The position numbers and the translations under genes were made by a program. Source: Planctomycetota bacterium (GTDB lineage Bacteria; Planctomycetota; JAJSAM01; JAJVHW01). From it: DNA of 64,000 bases. This document shows, one piece after another, positions 10,523-19,957 of this stretch (positions within the stretch are counted from its first letter, which is position 1; each line of letters opens with the position of its first letter). The notes under the pieces were generated by a model that was given only the letters and a program-made list of their open reading frames with translations, was not told the DNA's origin and searched no databases. The stretch covers positions 1,975,880-2,039,879 of the forward strand of contig CBDFJG010000004.1 in NCBI GenBank assembly GCA_965248445.1. Direction: 5' to 3'.

Positions 10523-11071
10523 ATGACCGACGCTTCTCCGACCGACGTCCCGTCTCTCGCCGCGCTCGTCAAGGCGATGGTGATCGCGTTTGTGCTCGCC
10601 GTCGTGCTGCTCGTGCTGGTGGTGCTGCCGGCAGAGTACAACGTCGACGTCACCGGATTCGGCCGAGCCATCGGACTGACCGTGCTCTCGGCGCCCCCGA
10701 CCGAGACCGCCGCGCAGCCCGATGCGAGCGAGACCGTCGCGTCCGAAGTCGAGCGCGACGATCGCACGGTCGTCACCGTCCCGCCGGGTAAGGGATTGGA
10801 GTACAAGTTCCGGCTCCGCAGCGGACAGAAGATGAAGTACGCGTGGTCATCGGACTCCGGCGTGCTGTTCTACGACTTCCACGGTGAGCCGAAGGGTGCC
10901 GCGAGCGACGTCTTCGAGAGCTTCGCCGCCGGCAAGTCAGCTCTCATCAAGGGCACGTTCACAGCACCGTTCGAAGGCACGCACGGCTGGTACTGGAAGA
11001 ACTCTGCGCCGCAGCCGGTCCAGGTCACGCTGGTGACCTCCGGAGCGTACGAGATCATCGGACTGAAGTAA
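10523..11071 (+). CDS. Membrane-anchored protein of the type found next to HupE/UreJ genes
   Basis: N-terminal TM helix, VLPAEY..D.TGFG, YDFHGEP and F.G.HGWYW.N motifs. Confidence 0.75.
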   Translation: MTDASPTDVPSLAALVKAMVIAFVLAVVLLVLVVLPAEYNVDVTGFGRAIGLTVLSAPPTETAAQPDASETVASEVERDDRTVVTVPPGKGLEYKFRLRSGQKMKYAWSSDSGVLFYDFHGEPKGAASDVFESFAAGKSALIKGTFTAPFEGTHGWYWKNSAPQPVQVTLVTSGAYEIIGLK

Positions 11072-11141
11072 GCCCAGAGGGGACTGACGCAGCGTTCCGG
11101 ACTGAAGTGTCCCGTGCGCTGCGGCACAGAGGAGACCCGAC

Positions 11142-12113
11142 ATGAGACTCTCAACGACAGTGGCCCTCGCGGGCCTGATCGCGGTGGGGATCGCGACAAC
11201 CGCGCTGGGGCACGACCCCGAGGCGCAGGCCCGGTACGAGCTCTCGCAGAAGCTGGAGAGTCCCTGGGTGACCCAGAACGGGTTCGTGGCCGACTTCCCC
11301 ACGGCGCTCGCGACGGCGACGAGGACGGGCAAGCCGATCTTCGCGTACTTCACGATCTCGTACATGGACCTGCCGCGATGCGAGAGCGTCGAGAAGGGAG
11401 TGCTGTCGACGCCCGAGTTCAAGGAGTTCGGCAAGAACGTGGTGCTGTTCGTCCACGTCGACAGCGGACTCGGCGGGCCGTACGAGGGCCTGCTGCGAGA
11501 GAAGGGGGGCAGCGACGTCCCGTACTTCCTGGTGCTGGACGATCAGGGCAACGTGATCGCCAAGGTCCCCGGGGAGCCCAACGTCAAGAGCTTCCACGAG
11601 GCGGTGAAGGCCGGCGCTGCGTTCTCGGCGCTCCGGAAGAAGGCCGACAAGACGGCCGACGAGACGGTCTACGTGCTTGCGCACGAGATGGACCTCGGCG
11701 GGCTCAAGCTCCAACTGGCGAAGGACCGCATCGCGCGGCTCGGTGACCTGAGTGACGAAAACCGCGTGCGGATCGACGCGGCCCTCGTGCGGCTCGAAGT
11801 CTGGTCCCATGCGACGAACGCGCGGGGCACCCGTAAGGGCGGCGTTGCCGCGGGCAAGTTGTTCGCGGAGATGTGGGAGGGGGGTCGCGTGCCAACCACC
11901 GACGAGCACGTCCTTCCGTTCTTCACTCTGATGCTCGACCACGCCGAAGCGTCGAAGGACGTGAAGTTGTTCGAGAAGGCGCTGCAAGAACTCGAGAAGC
12001 AACTCGCGGACAAGCCGGACGCGAAGGGCTTCTTGGAGAGGCAGGCGGAACGACTGGAGCAACTTCGCAAGAAGCTCGAGCCCGCCGGTGAGGCGCCGGG
12101 CGACGCCGAGTAG
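11142..12113 (+). CDS. Secreted thioredoxin-like protein
   Basis: Signal peptide; A...GKPIFAYFT, LPRC at the CxxC position, VVLFVHVD and cis-Pro loop VPYFLVLD..G. Confidence 0.65.
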   Translation: MRLSTTVALAGLIAVGIATTALGHDPEAQARYELSQKLESPWVTQNGFVADFPTALATATRTGKPIFAYFTISYMDLPRCESVEKGVLSTPEFKEFGKNVVLFVHVDSGLGGPYEGLLREKGGSDVPYFLVLDDQGNVIAKVPGEPNVKSFHEAVKAGAAFSALRKKADKTADETVYVLAHEMDLGGLKLQLAKDRIARLGDLSDENRVRIDAALVRLEVWSHATNARGTRKGGVAAGKLFAEMWEGGRVPTTDEHVLPFFTLMLDHAEASKDVKLFEKALQELEKQLADKPDAKGFLERQAERLEQLRKKLEPAGEAPGDAE

Positions 12114-12185
12114 CGCGTGTAGCTGTGTGAGCATCACTCCGGAGTGCGGATACTGATCCATGGATCAAGGCCGCCGCGCCGTCGC

Positions 12186-13232
12186 TCAGTTCCACTGCTC
12201 GAGGATTCTCGCTGTGTCATCGAGCAGGTGGGGATGCTCGATCGGAACGATCTCCGCGGGACCCTCCGCGTCCACACGTACGTAGACGTCCCAGATGCGG
12301 GTGTGGCCGGCAGCGATCAGGCGCTGGCGCCACGCGCTGAAGCCCTTCTCGGATCGGAAGCGTTTGATGCGGTCGTCGAGCGGGAGGTCGTCGACGAAGT
12401 GCACTTCGATGCGTCGGTCGGGAAAGGCGTTCCGTAGAAGCTCAACCACGAGCACGCTCGTGTCGTTGCCGGGCGACCACGTGTACATCTCGAGCCGTCC
12501 ACCAGGCGCGAGGTGAGCGTGCACTTTCGCAAGGACCTGTCGCACGACGTCGAGGCCGTCCTCCCCGGCTCCGGAGTGCAAGAAGTAATCGGCTCCCGGC
12601 GGTACAGGCTCGAACGGTGGATTCACCAAAACGAGATCGAATTTCTCGTCCGCGGCGAGGGGTTCGAAGAGCGAGCCCTGTCGCAGCTCGACCGCCGCGG
12701 TTCCCGGATTGAGCGCGACGTTGAACTGCGCGAACTCGATTGCGCGCGGGCTCAATTCCACGCCGGTCACGCTGGCCGCCACGTCGGACAGGAAAAGGCA
12801 GTTCACGCCCGAGCCGACGCAGAGCTCGAGCGCACGGTCGCCCTTCCGCACGCCCATCTGCGCGGCGATGTAGATCTGCTCGCGTATGAGGGGAAAGACC
12901 TGATCCGCGTCGACGTGGGTGCGCAAGTCGGTGGCGATCAGCGCGCCGTCGAGGGGAAAGATCCGCACGCACGGCACGTAGATCTGCGATGTCTCCTCGA
13001 GCGCGAGTCCCGCACCTTCGAACATCTCGAATCGCGGCACGTCGGGTGCTTCGATGAGCAGTGGCCTGCTCTTCAAGAAGAACCGCCGAAAGCGGTCGTT
13101 GCTGTCGGTGCAGAATTCTTCGAGTTCTCGCTTGAGTCGCTCGGCCGACTCCGTCCCGCTCACGCTGGGCGCCGGGTACTGCGTGTGCGCGCCCAACTTC
13201 TTCCGCAGACCGCCCCAGAGGGTTTCGAACAC
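12186..13232 (-). CDS. Class I SAM-dependent methyltransferase (HemK/MTS-like, NPPF motif)
   Basis: LELCVGSG motif I, GSLFEP, FDLVLVNPPF and G.DGLD motifs. Confidence 0.85.
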   Translation of the reverse strand: MFETLWGGLRKKLGAHTQYPAPSVSGTESAERLKRELEEFCTDSNDRFRRFFLKSRPLLIEAPDVPRFEMFEGAGLALEETSQIYVPCVRIFPLDGALIATDLRTHVDADQVFPLIREQIYIAAQMGVRKGDRALELCVGSGVNCLFLSDVAASVTGVELSPRAIEFAQFNVALNPGTAAVELRQGSLFEPLAADEKFDLVLVNPPFEPVPPGADYFLHSGAGEDGLDVVRQVLAKVHAHLAPGGRLEMYTWSPGNDTSVLVVELLRNAFPDRRIEVHFVDDLPLDDRIKRFRSEKGFSAWRQRLIAAGHTRIWDVYVRVDAEGPAEIVPIEHPHLLDDTARILEQWN

Positions 13233-13388
13233 TTGCGCAGGATACCGGGGCGAGCCGCGTCAGCCGGTTCAGAAGAGGCGCGACTCAGTCACGGCTCTAG
13301 AACTCGGGACACCCTGTACCTCTCACAGGATGAGGCGCTCTCCGCGCGGCATCGCAACGGACGCCGACGGAACGAGTAGCCTCTGTCC

Positions 13389-14909
13389 ATGCTGCGGATC
13401 TCGTCATCGGCGTTGCTGCTCGCCCTTTCACTCTCCGCGATCTCGCCGGCCGTCGTCCCGGCGTCGCCGGCCGCTGCGCAGGAGTTCCGGCTGTCGCCCG
13501 GAGCGGTACGTGTGAAGTTGAAAGGGGCGCGTACCGCTGTGTCCAAGCTGATGAGGTCGCTCGCCACGTGGTGCGACCGGAACGACTTCCCCGCGGAGGC
13601 TGCGGAGTGGCGGCTGCGCGCGGTCTCCGTCACCCCGGACGACGTAAAGCTGCGCAAGAAGACCGGCTTCGTGAAGGACGGCGACGGGTGGCGCTGGGAC
13701 GAATCCGCGCGGACGAAGATCCTCGAGACGCTGGTGAAGCCGGGCGAGGGCGAGATCCTGGTCTACGACAAGCGCGTGCGCGGACTACGCAAGCGCATCG
13801 GTGCGCGCTTCAGGCCGATCGCGGCGGAGGCCCGCAAACTCGCGGACTCTGCTCCGGACGACGACGAACGCGCCGCGTTCGAAGAACTCCACACGCAGGT
13901 CTGGGAGACGGCGCGGCTCATCGAACCGACGCACCAAGGAGCGTTGAAAGCGCTCGGGCATCCGGAACTCGCGGGGAAGTACGTTCATCGCGACGGAGTC
14001 GAGTTCGTGCGACAGCGCCTCGAGCGCCAGCGCAAGGCGCAGTTGACGTGGGCGAGCGACGTCGAAGTCGAGGAGACTCCGGGGGTCGCGAAGGACCTCT
14101 GGAGGCGCGTGCGAGCCGAGGACGTGACCGTCGACGCGACGTGGGGGATGCAGAACGCGATCCGCATCGCGACGGCTGCCGTGCACGCGACTCGCGAGAC
14201 GCATCGCACGCTGCGGCTTTCCGGAGCCATGGCCGTGCTGCCGAACCTGCGCACGTTCGCGATGAGTCGCAATCTCGAGGAGCAGGTCGCAGCCGCGAAG
14301 CACTTCGGTGAGTGGTCCGACGCCGAGGTCACCGAGAAGTGCGACAACTGGTCGGCGGTGATCACGGGGCGCATCGTGGTGGCCCGTGATGACTCGGTCG
14401 AAGCGGCGGTGGACACGGTCATGGCGTATCGCTCCCAAGGCGTCGTGTCGGCGTTGCGCAACGGCATGGCCCGCCGCACCAAGCTCCCGCGGGTGGCGCT
14501 CGAGGACTGGATCGACGAGTCGTTGGCGGCCGACGTCCTGATCCGGCTCAAGGGCTCGTATCTGCCGAAGTTCGTGTCTGACGGTCGCTATGCGGACGAG
14601 TCGCGCGACTACGAGGGGAGCAGCGGCTGGTTGCGGCGGGTCTGGCGGCTGCACGACCTCGGTGTCCTGCCGCCGATCAAGCACGTCGTGCAGCGGGACC
14701 TGAACCAGCTCGACACGTTCCACTCGACCGCTGGGTACGCGTTCCTCGTGTACCTGTTCGAGCGGGAGCCCGACGACGCGGCGACGTTCTTCCAACTGGC
14801 CGTGTACGGCGGATCTGCGGCCGCGGCGCGTGTCGTGTACGAGGAGTCACTCGACGACCTGGACCGGGACTTCCGCAAGTGGCTCGACGTCGCGCGTTAC
14901 GGCGACTGA
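13389..14909 (+). CDS. Secreted hypothetical protein
   Basis: 506-aa ORF with a signal peptide and strong codon bias; C-terminal W..E.LA and Y.FLVYL segments loosely like DUF1570 proteins. Confidence 0.7.
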   Translation: MLRISSSALLLALSLSAISPAVVPASPAAAQEFRLSPGAVRVKLKGARTAVSKLMRSLATWCDRNDFPAEAAEWRLRAVSVTPDDVKLRKKTGFVKDGDGWRWDESARTKILETLVKPGEGEILVYDKRVRGLRKRIGARFRPIAAEARKLADSAPDDDERAAFEELHTQVWETARLIEPTHQGALKALGHPELAGKYVHRDGVEFVRQRLERQRKAQLTWASDVEVEETPGVAKDLWRRVRAEDVTVDATWGMQNAIRIATAAVHATRETHRTLRLSGAMAVLPNLRTFAMSRNLEEQVAAAKHFGEWSDAEVTEKCDNWSAVITGRIVVARDDSVEAAVDTVMAYRSQGVVSALRNGMARRTKLPRVALEDWIDESLAADVLIRLKGSYLPKFVSDGRYADESRDYEGSSGWLRRVWRLHDLGVLPPIKHVVQRDLNQLDTFHSTAGYAFLVYLFEREPDDAATFFQLAVYGGSAAAARVVYEESLDDLDRDFRKWLDVARYGD

Positions 14910-15174
14910 GCTGCTCTCCTCGGTGCCCCGACAACGGCAGACGTTGCTCCGGCAGGACTGCAGTCGTCTCCTGCGACGTATGCGACACAGGTGCAGGTGC
15001 GTGAGTCAGTTGGCAGCACCGCGATGACTAAACTCGCGACGGTGGGGCGAACATCCACGCACGGTGACGAGATTCACCGATCTCGGTATCCTTGTCCGCG
15101 GCGTTTCACGAGTGGGCGAAGGGGTGGAAGAAGTAGCTGCGCGAATACCGCGTCGCGTTGGCTCAGGAGGACCG

Positions 15175-16325
15175 ATGTCATCAAGGAGTGACGTCAGGGC
15201 CAGACTCCTCGGTGGCACGAGCGGTCGCGAGGGAGCTCCGAGTCGCCGACGCGCAACGAGTTGGTCACTTGGGCTGATGGCAGCCTTGGCCACTGCGACC
15301 TACCTGACCGGTTGCGGACCGCTCGAGGAGCCTGAGCAGCCCGAACCGCCCGAACTGGGGACGTCGGGATCGACCGCGGTCAACCGTACGCGTGTCCCAG
15401 CGCTCCCCGCGCCGCCGAAGAACGTGCTGGCGCATCAGATGGCGTTGGCCGCTCCGCCCCCGGGGGTTCGCATCGACGCAGACGGACGCCTCGTCTGCGA
15501 CAAGGACGGATCCGAGATGGTGCTCGTCCTCGAAACCGAGTTCACCATGGGAAGCGACGGCGGCGGCCTTGACGAGCGCCCGCCTCACGTGGTGCGGGTG
15601 TCGGCTTTCCTCATGGATCGCCACGAGGTCACGAACGCGCAGTTCGCGCAGTTCGTTGCCGAGACAGCGTACGTCACCGACGCCGAGAAGGGGGACGGTG
15701 GCTACGCGCTGCACCGCGACTCCTGGGCGCGCGGAGCCGACTGGCGCCATCCTCTAGGTCCCGGATCGTCGTTCGAAGGGCGGGAGTCCCACCCGGTCGT
15801 CCTGGTCTCCTGGAACGATGCCCAGGCGTATGCGCAATGGGCCGGACGGAGGCTCCCCACGGAGGCGGAGTTCGAGCGGTGCTTGCGAGGAGGCACGGAA
15901 GGCGCGACCTACCCGTGGGGCGAGCAGGCGAGCCCTTTCCCCATGTATGGCAACTATGGCGACGATGCACTGAAAGCGGCCCACCCCGGCGCGAAGATCG
16001 CCGGCCATACGATCAAACAGTACGACGACGGGTTCGCGCGCACGTCTCCGGTCGGACGATTCACGCAGAGTCGACTTGGCCTCTTCGACGTGAGCGGAAA
16101 CGTGTGGGAGTGGTGCTCGGATGCTCGGACAGATACGACCCGGAGTACTACGAGAGTGCCCCGAGCCGCGATCCCTCGGGCCCATCGACCGCGTCGTATC
16201 GTGTGTCGCGCGGTGGCGGTTGGAACTCCTGGCAGAATCAACTCAGGAACTCGTTCCGTAAGGCGACCTCCCCTGAGTACCGGTGGGACGTACTCGGCTT
16301 CCGGTGCGCAATGAGCGTTCCGTGA
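15175..16325 (+). pseudogene. FGE-sulfatase (SUMF1/formylglycine-generating enzyme family) lipoprotein, frameshifted
   Basis: AGGAGG and ATG at 15175, LTGC lipobox; F.MGS, EVTNAQF, HPVV.VSWNDA, RLPTEAE and GLFDVSGNVWEW motifs. An 8-bp tandem duplication TGCTCGGA (16114-16129) shifts RV.RGGGW...GFRCA into another frame. Confidence 0.88.
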
Positions 16326-16348
16326 CCGTTGTCTCGACAGCGGTCTAG

Positions 16349-18044
16349 CCTGCATAATTCATCACGCCACGCCCGGAACGTAGATTCGGGCGCACCGCGC
16401 ATTGCATAAACTGTTGTTAGAGCAATAGTTACACAGATGCGAGAGGTACGCCCGAGTGACGAATTCTACCCCACACACTGTCCGGTTTCCCGATCTCTTC
16501 GGGAAGGTCACCACGGCCGTGTTCGACGGCGAAGCGCACACGTCCGAGGGAGGCGCGGGACTGCTGCGCGCGGTGGACCGTCGAATGGGAGTGACCGCAG
16601 GTCTGGCTGCGCTGTTGGTGGATCGTCGTGACCCGACGCGGGTGCAGCACTCGTTGGAGGAGCTCTTTCGGCAGCGCGTCTTCTCGATCGGCCTGGGCTA
16701 CAGCGACCAGAACGACGCGGCTCGCGTGGGCACCGACCCGATGCTCAAGGGGGTCACGGGCCGCGCGCCGATCAAGGGCGCCGACCTGGCGTCTCAGGCG
16801 ACGCTGTCGCGCTTCGAGAACGCGGTCACGGCGCACGAGCTCGTGGCCTTGTCGCGCAAGCTCGAGGAGGACGTGATCGAGCGTCTTTGCGCTCGCCACC
16901 GGGGGGCCCGGCGCATCACGATCGACATGGACCCGAGCTGTGACCCGACCCACGGTGCACAGCAGGGAGCGCTCTTCAACGGCTTCTACGACACGTGGTG
17001 CTACCTGCCGGTTTTCGGCTTCCTCACGGTCGACGGCGATCCGGAGCAGTACCTTTTCTGTGCGCGGCTGCGGCCGGGCAACGCGAAGGAGGGCCGCACG
17101 TCGCTGCGGACGATCCGCCGGATGGTGAAGCGACTTCGGCGTGCGTTTCCGCGCACGCAGATCCTCGTGCGCCTGGACAGCGGCTTCGCCGGCTCGCGGC
17201 TCTTCGACGCGCTGGACGAACTCGGCGTGAAGTACGTGGTCGGGATGCCCAAGAACAAGCGGCTCCTGGATCTGTGCGACGCCGAGATGACAGCGGCTGC
17301 GGTGCTGGCGGCGATGGAAGACAAGACGGCGCAGATCTACGGCGACTGCGAGTACCGGGCGAAGAGCTGGAGCAGGTCCCGCCGCGTGGTCTTCAAGGCG
17401 CAAGTGCTGGTCGCCACCGGGAAGGTGAACAAGGACAACGCGCGCTTCGTGGTCACCAACGTCTCGCGCAGCTACAAGCCCGAGACGACCTACTGCAAGA
17501 CCTACTGCGGTCGCGGCGACGCCGAGAACCGCATCAAGGAACTCAAGGGTGGCCTGGCGGTGGATCGCACGAGCAACTCGAGCTTCCTGGCGAACCAGTT
17601 CCGCGTGCTGATGACCGCGGCGGCCTACGTACTCTTCCAGGAGTTACGCTACCAGTTGCGCGGCACCACGGCCGCAGTCTGGCAGGTGCACACGATCCGC
17701 GAACGGCTGCTCAAGATCGGCGCCCGCGTCGTGGAATCGGTGCGCCGCGTCGTCGTGCATCTCGCGGCGGCCTGCCCATGGCGCGAGCTGTGGTGCCGCG
17801 TCGCGCGAAGGCTCGGCGCTGCGCCGGTCTGAGCGCAGCCGATGGCCAGAAGAACGACACGCTTCCGGCTACCGGTCCGTCCAGACCTCGTCCGCGCGGC
17901 GGCAAATGGACTTGAACGCCCCCTCGGAACGAAGATCCCGCCGTCCGAGACCCCGCCGACCTCGGTGAACGCCGCAAGTCGAGCGCCCGGGCGCTCGGAC
18001 CGGCCGAGGGACGCCATCGCGAGCGTCGTCATGAATAGTGCGGG
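16349..18044 (+). mobile_element. IS1380-family insertion sequence, apparently intact
   Basis: IRs CCTGCATAATTCAT and (reverse complement) CCCGCACTATTCAT; CTAG target duplication at 16345-16348 and 18045-18048. Confidence 0.92.
16456..17832 (+). CDS. IS1380-family DDE transposase
   Basis: FDG...TSEGG, LASQATLSRFEN, IDMD...DPTHG.QQ, VRLDSGF and Y..RG.AENRIKELK motifs. Confidence 0.93.
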   Translation: MTNSTPHTVRFPDLFGKVTTAVFDGEAHTSEGGAGLLRAVDRRMGVTAGLAALLVDRRDPTRVQHSLEELFRQRVFSIGLGYSDQNDAARVGTDPMLKGVTGRAPIKGADLASQATLSRFENAVTAHELVALSRKLEEDVIERLCARHRGARRITIDMDPSCDPTHGAQQGALFNGFYDTWCYLPVFGFLTVDGDPEQYLFCARLRPGNAKEGRTSLRTIRRMVKRLRRAFPRTQILVRLDSGFAGSRLFDALDELGVKYVVGMPKNKRLLDLCDAEMTAAAVLAAMEDKTAQIYGDCEYRAKSWSRSRRVVFKAQVLVATGKVNKDNARFVVTNVSRSYKPETTYCKTYCGRGDAENRIKELKGGLAVDRTSNSSFLANQFRVLMTAAAYVLFQELRYQLRGTTAAVWQVHTIRERLLKIGARVVESVRRVVVHLAAACPWRELWCRVARRLGAAPV

Positions 18045-18285
18045 CTAGAGGTCTAAGCGACCTGAGCGTCGCCTAGGTGGCTGTTCCGATCTCGCAGATC
18101 GCGTGCTTGGCCGAGTCCGTCAGTTCACGAACTCAACAGATCGGGAAGCGCCGGATGGCGACGCTCTTGTGCGGGCCGTGGCCGCAATCCACCTTGGCCC
18201 GGGGCCGGCGGAGCCGGCCACCAAGGAAGTGCGCGCGAAGTGGACCTTCGCCGTCATCTGGGGTGCGGCCCGCCGAGGGTGCCGC

Positions 18286-18360
18286 TGGAGCGGGTGAACA
18301 GATTCGAACTGTCGACATCCACCTTGGCAAGGTGGCGCTCTACCACTGAGCTACACCCGC
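18286..18360 (-). tRNA. tRNA-Gly(GCC)
   Basis: Reverse complement GCGGGTGTAGCTCAGTGGTAGAGCGCCACCTTGCCAAGGTGGATGTCGACAGTTCGAATCTGTTCACCCGCTCCA forms a full cloverleaf with CCA. Confidence 0.96.
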
Positions 18361-18438
18361 TCGAATGGGAGGCCCGGGATGTTGCGCGGGCACCCGTGGG
18401 GAGTCAAGGAAGGGGGCGGCTCGGCAGGCGGTCGCGCG

Positions 18439-19638
18439 CTAGACGGTCAGCAGCGGCTCGCGGGCGGCCGCCTCGACGATCTCTTCGAGGCGCAGCGAGA
18501 TCGACCAGTGGCTGTAGTTGTTGAGCATCGCGCGCCGGGCGCGGAAGCCTAGGCGGTCGCGGGCAGATGCATCCTCGAGCAGGTCGCCGATGACGTGGAC
18601 CATCTCGTCGGGGCCGTCGGTCACCATCAGATCGGTGCCCGGGATCGCATCGACGCCGCTGAACGCGGGGCGCGTCACGACGGTGGGCACGCCCAGTGTG
18701 AGCGATTCGAGGATCTCGTTCCTCACGCCGCTGTGCACCCGGTGCGGCACGACGCTGACCCAGGCGGTCGCGTAGAGCTCACGCAGGTCCTTGACGCGGT
18801 CGTCGAGATAGACGCCCGGCTGCAGGGCGAGCTGACGGATCTCCGGCGGCGGGTTGCGCCCGGCGATGCGGAGGACGGCATCCGCGTACTGCGCGCGGAT
18901 GCGCGGGAAGACGTCACGCACGAAGCTCTCGACGGCGTCGCGGTTGGGCAGGTGGTCCAGATGGCCGGCGATCAGAATCGTCGGCACGCCGGACGGCCGC
19001 CGGATCAGCGGTGCGTGGGGCGGTGCGGGAGTCTTCAGCGAAACGACGCGGCGGGTGGCTGCTACCAGGCCGCGCAACGCCTCGGCCTCGGTCTCCGAGG
19101 CGAGCAGGACGCGCTGGAACTCAGCGACGCTGCCGGTCTCGACGGACATCAGCCGGTTCCCCTCGCGGCGGAAAACCGCCGAGCTCGGGAAGCGGCTGTG
19201 GTCGGCGTACTCGATCCAGCGCAGCGAGTTGACCTCGACGAGGTCGAGGATCTTGGGCGTCGTGGGGAAGGCCTTGCCGTAGGGCGCCATGGCCGAGGAG
19301 TAGATGTAGACGAGGTCGTAGCGGCGGGTGTCGTTGAGTGCCTGCAGGCGCTCCATCAGGTCGCGGCTGCCGTAGCGGCGGACCGCCAGGGGCTGGGTCG
19401 CGAACATGTGGCGCGCGCTCGCCGGCTCGACCGGTCGCGTCGGCAGCGGCAGGATCTGCACGCGCTGGCAGAAGCGGCGGAGGCGGCGGCGTGCGTCCCA
19501 CTCGGCTCCGCCGCCACCGAACGTCACCAGATCGACGTCGTGGCGCAGCGACAGGAATCGCACGGCGTGGTACGGCCGGACGTTCTCCCGATCGAGAGGG
19601 GGATACGGGACTCGAGGCGCGATGAAGAGGATCCGCAA
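18439..19638 (-). CDS. GT4-family glycosyltransferase (resembles PEP-CTERM/exosortase-associated sugar transferases)
   Basis: TTG start RILFIAPRVPYPP; G.LDH.PN.DAV..F, G.NP and G..N.ILE....G.P.V motifs. Confidence 0.8.
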   Translation of the reverse strand: MRILFIAPRVPYPPLDRENVRPYHAVRFLSLRHDVDLVTFGGGGAEWDARRRLRRFCQRVQILPLPTRPVEPASARHMFATQPLAVRRYGSRDLMERLQALNDTRRYDLVYIYSSAMAPYGKAFPTTPKILDLVEVNSLRWIEYADHSRFPSSAVFRREGNRLMSVETGSVAEFQRVLLASETEAEALRGLVAATRRVVSLKTPAPPHAPLIRRPSGVPTILIAGHLDHLPNRDAVESFVRDVFPRIRAQYADAVLRIAGRNPPPEIRQLALQPGVYLDDRVKDLRELYATAWVSVVPHRVHSGVRNEILESLTLGVPTVVTRPAFSGVDAIPGTDLMVTDGPDEMVHVIGDLLEDASARDRLGFRARRAMLNNYSHWSISLRLEEIVEAAAREPLLTV

Positions 19639-19957
19639 CTCTGACCTGCCCTTGCACCGGCGGCCGCACTGCCGCCGGAATCGAATCTGAAATGTCGGTC
19701 GTCCGGGCCCTGCAGTTCGAGCCGCCCGAGACCCGCAACGCCCGGCTGGCGCAAAGGCGGGGCCAAGGTGTGCTGAGCCGGGCTCCCGGCGGCGCGCCAC
19801 GCTAACTGCCCAGCCCGCTCGACAGCCAGCCCCCGGACGTTCGGGAAATGCAACACGCGATTCGCTCCGGTCTGGCCCGAGGCCGCGTCGAGCCGGATCG
19901 ACACGCGGTCCCGGGCGCGGCTTGACAGCATCCGCCGTCCGGGTTCTGCTCGGCTCC

